50,142 nt of DNA from Candidatus Fimivivens sp. GTDB taxonomy: Bacteria > Bacillota > Clostridia > Oscillospirales > Ruminococcaceae. This document shows, piece after piece, positions 7,857-15,677 of this stretch; the first letter of the stretch is position 1; each line of letters begins with the position of its first letter. Location of the stretch: the NCBI GenBank assembly GCA_031983305.1, contig DALYYK010000001.1, positions 1 to 50,142 on the forward strand. Reading direction: 5' to 3'. The notes under the pieces are model-generated. The model did not search any database and was not told where the DNA came from. It saw nothing but the letters and a program-made list of their open reading frames with translations. The translations under genes and the position numbers were made by a program.

Positions 7857-9194
7857 GATAACGTCCAGAATTTCCTGAATAAACCGCATCTGCTCCAGGT
7901 TCTGCTTCACTCGGATGCTTATGTTGCCTTTCTGGTTACGAGAGCCTGCAAAGTACAAGCGCGCTTCACCCTTCGTCGCTTCCTCTTCCGTTTTGTTGAT
8001 CGAGATAACCAAGTCAGCGATACGCACCTTTTCAATGTTATCCGCGGCGTGCATCATCGTGGCCACTTCAGACGCCCCACCCTCTCGGTTTGTCTGGGAT
8101 GCAGTTATGCCAGCGGCGTTGTGTTTGTCGAAGACTGCACGGAGATCGGTATAAATGCTTTTCACATCTGCACGTTCATCACCGCTACGTCGTGTTGGCT
8201 TCATCAGGTCGGCGTAATCCACCACAACCATGTCAGGAATCATGCCGTTCGACTTCATGCCTTCAAGCAAGCGATCGAGGTCTGCAGGTGACAAGCTGCC
8301 AGACGGTCTCTCCACAACCCATAAATTGCCCACGCCGGTACTGGCGCCCAGGTCGGCCAGCTTCTTATGAACATCGTCACGCTTCTCGATCAGCTTCGTC
8401 ATTTCGGTTTGAGAAAGACGTGCGTCGAAACGGTCAGACAAGATTGCCGTGTGAACTTCCAGCGAGACGTACAGGACGTTGAAGCCCTTTAAAGTCGCGT
8501 TAATGGAGAACTCACCCATGGCCGTTGATTTACCAGATTTCGCGAAGCCCATGAAGAGAACCATCTCACGACGCCCCCAGCCCTTCTGATACAGCAGACG
8601 ATCCAACAATGGTATGCCGGTAGTGATGCTGTTTGGCACGTAATCTTCAGACGCCTCATATTCACGCTGCTTTAAACGCTCGGCCGCTTCGCCCAGATAG
8701 TTGTAGATGCCTATGGTGTCACTCGCGCCCACCAGCTGCACCTTGGCCATCACTTCCATGGCGCGTTCGAAGTCACCCTTTTCTTTCAGCTCGGCAGCTT
8801 TAATCAGCGCGTCATCGAAAGCTATGCTCCGGGCAAATGTGGCCACTCGGTCAACCATGTATTTGGTGTCTGTTAATTTCTCACCCAATACACGCTTGAA
8901 GGCACTCACCACATCCGGGAACAGCTCTTCGCGGATCGTCTTATCTTTCTTCGCGCGCTTCAGCTGGTCGAGAATGGCCGTGCTGGATGGTGCGCTCTTA
9001 TACATGCGGAAGTAGGAGGAAACCAGGTTAACCAATATTGCGTTGGCGGCGTTTTCAAACTGGCTCGGATCAACCAAATCCCCGGCGCGCATCAGGAACT
9101 CCTGATCTTTGCAGTAGTAGGCTGTTAATCGGTTCTGGAAGTCATCATCAAACTCTTCTGACAATGGGCGTCCGGTATGGCAAATGGTGGTCAT
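7854..9194 (-). CDS. DnaB-like replicative helicase
   Basis: Walker A GFAKSGKS, YVSLE, Walker B VVVDYADL, TASQTNR and SRN arginine finger; adjacent to the primase. Confidence 0.92.
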   Translation of the reverse strand: MTTICHTGRPLSEEFDDDFQNRLTAYYCKDQEFLMRAGDLVDPSQFENAANAILVNLVSSYFRMYKSAPSSTAILDQLKRAKKDKTIREELFPDVVSAFKRVLGEKLTDTKYMVDRVATFARSIAFDDALIKAAELKEKGDFERAMEVMAKVQLVGASDTIGIYNYLGEAAERLKQREYEASEDYVPNSITTGIPLLDRLLYQKGWGRREMVLFMGFAKSGKSTAMGEFSINATLKGFNVLYVSLEVHTAILSDRFDARLSQTEMTKLIEKRDDVHKKLADLGASTGVGNLWVVERPSGSLSPADLDRLLEGMKSNGMIPDMVVVDYADLMKPTRRSGDERADVKSIYTDLRAVFDKHNAAGITASQTNREGGASEVATMMHAADNIEKVRIADLVISINKTEEEATKGEARLYFAGSRNQKGNISIRVKQNLEQMRFIQEILDVI

Positions 9195-9279
9195 TACGCC
9201 ACCTCTTTAATCGTGTTCATGTGCTCTTCCATCGTTCTAAACAACTTGTTTATTTAGTTTACTAAGTGGTCAAAGGCGA

Positions 9280-10017
9280 TCAATTAAGTGACCGTGCTTC
9301 CATGGTTTCTTTAGGGAAGCGCTGTAGCGCTATGTGTTCGGGCAGAAGTTCTGTCAGCCAAACGGCGGAGTAGATGATCAGAACGCGACGGGATGGCTCA
9401 CGATTTTCAATCTGCGTTAGAAGCCACTCAAAGTAATCTCGCTGGATTTCAACGTTGCCCCCTTGTACGATTACCCCAGAAGAGCCAACACCCCACAGAG
9501 AGCTATCCAGACGGGTTAACGCGCGTTTCTTCAGTCTATCTTCGAAGATCTCAATCAGCTCTGGCTGCCAAAGATGTTGAGGGCGTGGCAGCTTGTCCCA
9601 GAGACGTGATGCGGCGATCGATAGAACGGTGCCAATAAAGTAGCCGTAATTGACGCAGTAGCGATCGGCAAACTGTCGAGCCTTCCAAAGCGACGTCTTG
9701 TTGGCCGCAGACTGATCCTGAAACGGAACTCGTTTTAAACCGGTGTTGAAAGGCGCGCTCTGGAAGTCTTCACGACCGTGAGTGAGCATGATGTTGGCGT
9801 ACTGGCGTTTGTACTCTTCGGTGAAGACAGCTGTAGCCTGGAGTGGGTGCATGTCACGGTAATCAAACCACTTAGTCTCGAAGAGGTCAGCTTCGCCTTT
9901 ACAGCGAGATAGCCCTATGTTTTTAGCGACCCACTCATCCATGACGGCCGAATCCCACTCTTCCATGAATCCGTACTGGTCATCGTTGCCTAAGCATTGA
10001 AAGAAAAAAGCGCTCAT
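9280..10017 (-). CDS. Conserved replication-cluster protein (possible helicase loader)
   Basis: 245-aa ORF immediately upstream of the helicase; function inferred from position only. Confidence 0.6.
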   Translation of the reverse strand: MSAFFFQCLGNDDQYGFMEEWDSAVMDEWVAKNIGLSRCKGEADLFETKWFDYRDMHPLQATAVFTEEYKRQYANIMLTHGREDFQSAPFNTGLKRVPFQDQSAANKTSLWKARQFADRYCVNYGYFIGTVLSIAASRLWDKLPRPQHLWQPELIEIFEDRLKKRALTRLDSSLWGVGSSGVIVQGGNVEIQRDYFEWLLTQIENREPSRRVLIIYSAVWLTELLPEHIALQRFPKETMEARSLN

Positions 10018-10123
10018 AGTAGGTAGTTAGCTAGTTAACAGTTGGTGGATGATAGCTAGTTAACAATGTTTTGAAAAGCCATTTAGGAAGGGCTGATAGA
10101 AGATTCTGGTGCTTTTTTGAGAT

Positions 10124-10178
10124 GCCTGCTTCTGTATAAATTAATATACTATTCTTAATCTTTTATAGAGAAGCAGGC
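10124..10178. repeat. 55-bp inverted-repeat element with AT-rich core (copy 1)
   Basis: GCCTGCTTCTGTATAAA-21 nt-TTTATAGAGAAGCAGGC (16/17 arm match); related copy at 41002-41055. Confidence 0.8.
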
Positions 10179-10269
10179 TGGTTTTGATGAGAACAAATGC
10201 AGAACGGTGTAAATTATCAACCTCAGAGAATTTGTAGGATGGGATGTAATACGTGATGGAAAATTTAGA

Positions 10270-11016
10270 ATGAACAAGATAAGAATCTGGCTAAAAATGA
10301 TAGTACTAACACCAGTTTTTATATTTGGTGTGATTTTTTGTATGGTTTTGGGGGCCTTGTTTAAAAACAGCATATTTCCCAGTTTAGACTTTGGTTCCGT
10401 ACCAGACTGGTTTTCTGCACTAAGTAGCGTTTTTACCGCTTTCGTAGCTTGGAAGGCTTTCCGGGCTGCCCCAAATTGGTTTAAACAAAAATTAGATGAG
10501 TCAGCAATATCTTTGGCCTTAGACTTAGTTGAAAATTACGCCCCTAAAATAGATGATGAGATAAGGAAGGTAATTACAATAAATGCCGATTCAAAGAGAA
10601 AGGTAGAGAGTTTTGTCGATGGCAGGACATATTACTCGAACTATGATTTAGATTCTAAGATCAAGGAAGTTATTGAGATTATAGAAAACATGAAGCCTCT
10701 TTTTGATTCCGTAGAAATTTGTGAAAGCGCACTTAAGAAAAGGGGATGGATTATCAACCCTTACTTTTCCTATGAGGGAAGTGGCACAAAGAAAATTTAT
10801 GAACATGCAAAATCCTACACGACTATAGAGTTCACAAAATACCCAATAATTTTAGAAGGTTTGAAAATATTCAAAGACCGCGACCCTGATTTTTTTGAGA
10901 AAAATTTAAGTGAGTTAAATGATCTGCACAAAAAAATCGAAGATGTGACAATTAGAATCTACATATACTCACAAAAGCTAACTTCAATAAACCATATTGA
11001 GAAATTGTTTAGCTAA
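10270..11016 (+). CDS. AT-rich accessory membrane protein (moron-like)
   Basis: Two N-terminal TM segments (…DFGSVPDWFSALSSVFTAFVAW), opposite strand to its neighbours, visibly AT-rich. Confidence 0.75.
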   Translation: MNKIRIWLKMIVLTPVFIFGVIFCMVLGALFKNSIFPSLDFGSVPDWFSALSSVFTAFVAWKAFRAAPNWFKQKLDESAISLALDLVENYAPKIDDEIRKVITINADSKRKVESFVDGRTYYSNYDLDSKIKEVIEIIENMKPLFDSVEICESALKKRGWIINPYFSYEGSGTKKIYEHAKSYTTIEFTKYPIILEGLKIFKDRDPDFFEKNLSELNDLHKKIEDVTIRIYIYSQKLTSINHIEKLFS

Positions 11017-11051
11017 TGTTTGGCGGCCTTGGCCGCCAATGTCTTAAGCTT

Positions 11052-11444
11052 TTAACTTTTTCCCATTAACTTCCGCTTAATTTCTTCTGTTCTAAACGAA
11101 ACGTCACTGGAGTTCACCGCTTCAATGTTCAGCTTAATGGCTTCCTCGATCTCAGCAGGTTCCTTCTCAGAAAGTTGGAAGATGGCTGCGCGGATTACGT
11201 CAGAACGTGTGAACTTGTCGAAGCGAGGAATAACGGCCAACATATCAATCAACTCGATGTACTCATCTTCCATCGACATAGTGCGAGACTGAATCTTGCT
11301 TTTGCCACGCGTAGGACGCCCCTGGGGCTTCACAGGGTTACGAAGTGGTGCAGCTGGTGTCGCTGGCTGTGATTGTTGTTTTTGCGTTTCTGGCGCTGCT
11401 TGTGGCGCTACACGCTTAGTCAAATCGCCCATACCCTTCGCCAT
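11052..11444 (-). CDS. Partition protein, small ParA partner (ParG/RHH-like)
   Basis: Coupled to parA; disordered N-terminus, then SRTMSM…TRSDVIRAAI ribbon-helix-helix pattern. Confidence 0.75.
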   Translation of the reverse strand: MAKGMGDLTKRVAPQAAPETQKQQSQPATPAAPLRNPVKPQGRPTRGKSKIQSRTMSMEDEYIELIDMLAVIPRFDKFTRSDVIRAAIFQLSEKEPAEIEEAIKLNIEAVNSSDVSFRTEEIKRKLMGKS

Positions 11445-12109
11445 TATTTACCCTCCAGGTTAAGCAGGTAATCAACAAGCTCGATAATTTCAGTTTCTGC
11501 CTTCTGATCACGTTCAGCGCCAGTCATTTCGAAGATGGTGCGGCCAGACTCTTCAGCATCGTCGTAAACATTGCGGGTGTAGAGATTAACCGGCACAGGC
11601 TCGATGCCAAATGACTCAATTACACCTTTGGCGTTGATAATACGCTGCGCCTGGTTTGGTAAGGATGGACATTGATTCATCACCCCAATGATTCGAACCT
11701 TGTGGTTGGTATTACGCACGTTATCCAAGACCGGATCGAGGTTACGCAGTGATTTAATATCACGGCGCTTCGGGCGGAACGGAAGAAGGATGATGTCGGC
11801 CATCTGCATAGCCTGACGCTGTATTTCGGAGTCGAAGCCACCTGCGTCAATAACCACGAAGTCGTGGCGCTGGCTGACCGCGTTGATGTGCTTAACCACG
11901 TCATGATCCACGAATTCAAATGGAATAAGTGCCAGGTCTTCGTTTTCGCGACGCTCTTCAGCCCAGCCTGCGGTCGTCATCTGCCCATCGATGTCTGTCA
12001 GGTGACATTTCTTCTGCTTTTTAAGAACCAGCGCACCGGCTACCTGCTGCGCAACCGTAGATTTTCCGGGGCCACCTTTGGTGCCGCCAATCACAATGAT
12101 CTTAGCCAT
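11444..12109 (-). CDS. parA: Plasmid partition ATPase ParA (type Ib)
   Basis: Deviant Walker A KGGPGKST, DIDGQ and VVIDAGG; no N-terminal HTH. Confidence 0.92.
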   Translation of the reverse strand: MAKIIVIGGTKGGPGKSTVAQQVAGALVLKKQKKCHLTDIDGQMTTAGWAEERRENEDLALIPFEFVDHDVVKHINAVSQRHDFVVIDAGGFDSEIQRQAMQMADIILLPFRPKRRDIKSLRNLDPVLDNVRNTNHKVRIIGVMNQCPSLPNQAQRIINAKGVIESFGIEPVPVNLYTRNVYDDAEESGRTIFEMTGAERDQKAETEIIELVDYLLNLEGK

Positions 12110-12239
12110 TGTTATTTCCTTGTTATGCGAAATAATAATTATGTGAAAACAAGTTGTTTTCTTATGTGCCTATTAGCCTAATGCGGGGCGGCCACGGTGT
12201 AAAGGCCAGTTTGTAGGCAATGAGCTGAATTTTGGAAAT

Positions 12240-12261
12240 AAAAAACCCGCCGTAGCGGGTT
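12240..12261 (-). terminator. Intrinsic terminator
   Basis: AAAAAACCCGC-CGTA-GCGGGTT just after the stop of the GNAT gene. Confidence 0.75.
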
Positions 12262-12264
12262 CAT

Positions 12265-13026
12265 TCAGGATTGAGTCGGGCAGAAGCCAATAGGGGGAGA
12301 GGTATCGCGAGAGATAATCAGAACGATGAATTTCTGAACCTTATGCTGTATACCGTTAGGTGTCCATCCGCTGAGATCTACCAACATGCCTTTATTCCAT
12401 GGTAGAAAGCCTTTAACGCCCACACCAAGTTCGCTCAGGCGATCTTCGAAGACCTGACCCTTACCGTTATAAATGCGCACGTCGCACAGGTCATACAGAC
12501 GACCAGCCCAGATTTTTGCGCCTGGCACTGTTTGTTCTTCATCGCAAACAAGGTGTTCAAACCAGTTCAACATGAACATATAGGCGCGGCTGCTGAGACC
12601 TTGCTGTTGGTAGGCTCGTTCTACTTTGACACCTGCTACTTGAGGGGCCTCCACCTCTTGGCCAGCGTCATCGGTAAAGAAATAGGCTCTCAGTGCAATT
12701 CTGCCGGCATCAACGTTTTTGGATTCATCGACATAGTCCGAGTCTAAAAGATGCTTGATTATCTCTTCATCGGAGGCGTCATCATTAACCATTTTTGCGA
12801 TGGTTTTGGTGATACGCGCTTTGTCGTCGTCAGCAGCACCTACACATTCAATCGTTATGTAGGTATGAATCTCATCTTCGGGATCGACTAACTCCAGCTG
12901 AGATAGCTTGTAGAGCGCATCATCAGTGAACAAATAGCCGAAACGAAGAAGGCGAGTTTCGCCCTCATGAGCAAACTTGCCTATGTTCTTATCGAATAAC
13001 GATGACGCTATTAGTGTAGGAGCCAT
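12265..13026 (-). CDS. GNAT-fold acetyltransferase-like protein
   Basis: QVAGVKVERAYQQQGLSSRAY (acetyl-CoA motif A) followed by LVCDEEQTVPGAKIW. Confidence 0.7.
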   Translation of the reverse strand: MAPTLIASSLFDKNIGKFAHEGETRLLRFGYLFTDDALYKLSQLELVDPEDEIHTYITIECVGAADDDKARITKTIAKMVNDDASDEEIIKHLLDSDYVDESKNVDAGRIALRAYFFTDDAGQEVEAPQVAGVKVERAYQQQGLSSRAYMFMLNWFEHLVCDEEQTVPGAKIWAGRLYDLCDVRIYNGKGQVFEDRLSELGVGVKGFLPWNKGMLVDLSGWTPNGIQHKVQKFIVLIISRDTSPPIGFCPTQS

Positions 13027-13409
13027 TTAGCAGTATCATTAGCAGAATTGGTGCTAAAGATACTATCATGCTTGCCCAAAAATTCGCGAATAGAAGTTTC
13101 AATTGCCTCTGAGAAAGAGGAAATTTTATTAGCCATCTCAGGGAATTGCTTAGCTGGGTTCACCGTAAAGCAAATTTCGCCGTCGAGGAAACGAGCTTCA
13201 GCCAGCGGTTTAACTGTGGCGCGAGCGTTCTCGACATCGTGAGCAAAGGTAACGATGAATTTGAGGTCTTTAGGTGCCAACGCTTCATTGTTAAGTGTGC
13301 GCACCTGCAGCTTCGAATTACCGAAGATGTGAGTAGCGATGACACTCGTACAATCACGAATGGTTTGAATTGAGCGCTTCGCTTCTTTAATGTTCAGAGA
13401 GTTACGCAT
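13011..13409 (-). CDS. Hypothetical protein, first gene of a two-gene operon with the GNAT
   Basis: 132 aa, AAGGTGG RBS, 16-bp overlap with the GNAT gene. Confidence 0.75.
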   Translation of the reverse strand: MRNSLNIKEAKRSIQTIRDCTSVIATHIFGNSKLQVRTLNNEALAPKDLKFIVTFAHDVENARATVKPLAEARFLDGEICFTVNPAKQFPEMANKISSFSEAIETSIREFLGKHDSIFSTNSANDTAKWLLH

Positions 13410-13530
13410 GTTTCCACCTTAGCCGAGTGCTATGCAGCGTGTTCGGCGACCCCCAACCTGGGGATTTAGAGGCTACGAGGATGCTTCGTAGTTCAAGAAA
13501 ATATTTGACACACGTGGTGTGTATCTAACC

Positions 13531-13559
13531 AATCTACGTCATTACTCAAAAATGATCAA
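13531..13559 (-). promoter_or_regulatory. Sigma70-like promoter TTGATC-17-TAGATT
   Basis: -35 at 13559-13554, -10 at 13536-13531. Confidence 0.55.
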
Positions 13560-13642
13560 GCAAGTGGTTGTCAGTTACCCAGCAAACAAAGGGGGTTTGC
13601 TGGGTTGTCGTTGCTTTTTTGACGTTACTTAGACATCCAAAA

Positions 13643-13849
13643 TTACCCTTTGTTACGATGGTTAGACCAATGGCACAACGTAGCGCCTTGAACGTTGTGG
13701 GAAAGGATCTCACGTTTTGTTTCCTGCGTTAGCTGATCGCTATGGCTAACGTAAATGGGGTTTGCTGCATCGCAGAACAGTACCCCTTGGGCTGGTGGCT
13801 TAATCACGCATCCAATCAGCAGCAAGCTGAGCATCAACGGTAGCATCAT
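13643..13849 (-). CDS. o-spanin (Rz1-like lipoprotein)
   Basis: Lipobox LLIGC and several Cys; overlaps the end of the i-spanin gene. Confidence 0.75.
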   Translation of the reverse strand: MMLPLMLSLLLIGCVIKPPAQGVLFCDAANPIYVSHSDQLTQETKREILSHNVQGATLCHWSNHRNKG

Positions 13850-14051
13850 CCGAGCGTCGGACTGCATTGATAACGTCATTCTTCACATCCAGTGTGTGTT
13901 GCAGGCGTTTGTTGTCTTCACGCTCTGCTTTAATTTCCATTGACCGGCGAGCAGCCAGGCCACCGAGGTAATAGGCACCAGCAAGTACCATTATGACGGC
14001 CGCAGCCGTCAACAGGTACTGCTTGGCCTTAATGTAAAGGCCAAGAAGCAT
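13800..14051 (-). CDS. i-spanin (Rz-like)
   Basis: N-terminal TM plus helical periplasmic part, directly after the endolysin. Confidence 0.7.
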   Translation of the reverse strand: MLLGLYIKAKQYLLTAAAVIMVLAGAYYLGGLAARRSMEIKAEREDNKRLQHTLDVKNDVINAVRRSDDATVDAQLAADWMRD

Positions 14052-14743
14052 TACGCGATCCCCTTCTGGTGTTTGCGAACCTGAGACCAGGCAATGAAAA
14101 GTGCAATTGCTAGCGTGGCAACACCGAACACGATGCGGATGGTATCGCCACTAGAAATATTGTCCTGAGCCTTATCCATTGCATGAGTGATCTGCGGCGC
14201 TACGTCCACCAGCTGCGCGACACCAATACCGGCAGTAATCGTTGCGCCAGCAGACTCCTTAGTGACTGGAACTGCTTTTACAGCTTTAACCACTCGCACC
14301 ACACCGGCACGACGCAGACCCTCGTCGATGGCTTCCACTGAGTACCAGCTGTTTGCCGTCTTTAATGGGCCTTTGCCGTTCTCATGGCGAATGATTGCTT
14401 CCACCAGGGGGCGTAACGTCGCGTAGTCATGCAGATCCACCACCATTTCTGGAGTGACACCCACCGCTTTTGCCACTGCTTTAACATATGCCTCAGTGTC
14501 GTTCTCATGCGGCGGTGCCCAGCGCTCAATGACCTCACGGACAGTGTCGATCGGTGAGCCGTCACGCGCTTTACGTTTGTCATGGTAGGTGATGAGCGTA
14601 ACCGCCAGCGCACGAATGCCCCAGGTTGGGTCTTTAAAGGTGCAGAAGCGAGGCTCTGCCGGGTTGTCTACCAGCCCTTGCCACGGTGAGCCGCGGTCAA
14701 GATTGCCGGGGTTGTTGTTTCTAATGCCTCTTGGATTAGCCAT
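14051..14743 (-). CDS. Endolysin (PRGIRNNNPGN lysozyme-like family) with C-terminal hydrophobic helices
   Basis: RGIRNNNPGNL…WAPPHENDT…AIIRHENG motifs; lies in the lysis cassette. Confidence 0.8.
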   Translation of the reverse strand: MANPRGIRNNNPGNLDRGSPWQGLVDNPAEPRFCTFKDPTWGIRALAVTLITYHDKRKARDGSPIDTVREVIERWAPPHENDTEAYVKAVAKAVGVTPEMVVDLHDYATLRPLVEAIIRHENGKGPLKTANSWYSVEAIDEGLRRAGVVRVVKAVKAVPVTKESAGATITAGIGVAQLVDVAPQITHAMDKAQDNISSGDTIRIVFGVATLAIALFIAWSQVRKHQKGIA

Positions 14744-14757
14744 CCTTAGCCTTCCTC

Positions 14758-15084
14758 TTAGTTGCCGAAACCATTTTTAACGCCATATGCCGCCAGTCCT
14801 AGAAGCAAAGCAGCGGTCAAGATGGATGTGATTTTGGAAATGATGCCACCAAAGAAGCCACTTGAGATGCTGTCCAGCCGGGTCAGTAGCTTTTCCAGAT
14901 TCGAATGCTGGATGCTGTGCTGAGCGGCTGTCATGTCCCCAAAATAGGCTCCTAGTTGGGCTTTTACTTCTGCACCAATATCATCACGGAGATCCTTTCG
15001 CAGACTCCCCATGACCTCTCTGGCGACAATTTGGGCAATTCGCTCGACCTGATCTGGCGTCACGCCTCCCATCTCATTTGACAT
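14758..15084 (-). CDS. Putative holin/antiholin
   Basis: 108 aa with a C-terminal TM, directly upstream of the endolysin. Confidence 0.55.
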   Translation of the reverse strand: MSNEMGGVTPDQVERIAQIVAREVMGSLRKDLRDDIGAEVKAQLGAYFGDMTAAQHSIQHSNLEKLLTRLDSISSGFFGGIISKITSILTAALLLGLAAYGVKNGFGN

Positions 15085-15167
15085 TTTTTCCTCCGTGAAA
15101 AGTCAAATTTCGGTATGCAGGGATCTTAACAAAACGCAAGACAAAAGTAAGTAGCTAGCAACCTACT

Positions 15168-15189
15168 AAAAAAGCGCCCGTAGGCGCTT
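15168..15189 (-). terminator. Intrinsic terminator after the tail fibre operon
   Basis: AAAAAAGCGCC-CGTA-GGCGCTT. Confidence 0.75.
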
Positions 15190-15200
15190 AGAAAGGATTA

Positions 15201-15677
15201 TTAAGTGGTTATGGTCAATGTTGGCGTCCCTTGAATAAAAGTAGTTGCCATATTTGTTGCAAGATTAACGTCAGCATTAATGTACCCTCCATATGTCGGA
15301 TTGAAATCAAACTGGTACCGACTGCCAAACACTATCAAACTTACCGACCCAGACATTGCGCCTGCGAGCATCAAGCAAGTAACTGTCTGCTGATCATTAA
15401 CAGTAGGAACTTTGGTAAAAAAACCAACAATCTGTCTTCCGTAATAGTTACCTGAAACATACCCAATACCTAATACTGAGTTGTAGCCATAGTATAAACC
15501 AGTGGCATCTGCACCATAGGCACCTGTAATACTGAATGAGATTGAAGTGCTCCTACCGGGGAGCGTACTCATCCAAAATGGTACGCCTAGTTGAAGTGCC
15601 GGCCCGGCCGCAGACATCCAACGCTGCCCTGTTTCACCGACTGTATTTGAGCCTACCCAACCAGCAGCGATTGTCAT
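15201..15677 (-). CDS. Tail fibre tip adhesin with a T-even gp38-like N-terminal attachment domain
   Basis: GWVGSNTVGETGQRWMSAAG…LGVPFWMSTLPGRS matches the gp38 N-terminus (GWIGSSAVxETGQRWM…L..P.WMS..AGRS). Confidence 0.8.
   Translation of the reverse strand: MTIAAGWVGSNTVGETGQRWMSAAGPALQLGVPFWMSTLPGRSTSISFSITGAYGADATGLYYGYNSVLGIGYVSGNYYGRQIVGFFTKVPTVNDQQTVTCLMLAGAMSGSVSLIVFGSRYQFDFNPTYGGYINADVNLATNMATTFIQGTPTLTITT

Noticed and set aside
10132..10147. LexA box (CTGTATAAATTAATAT)
   Set aside because: The right half-site ACAG is missing; the sequence is part of the inverted-repeat element.
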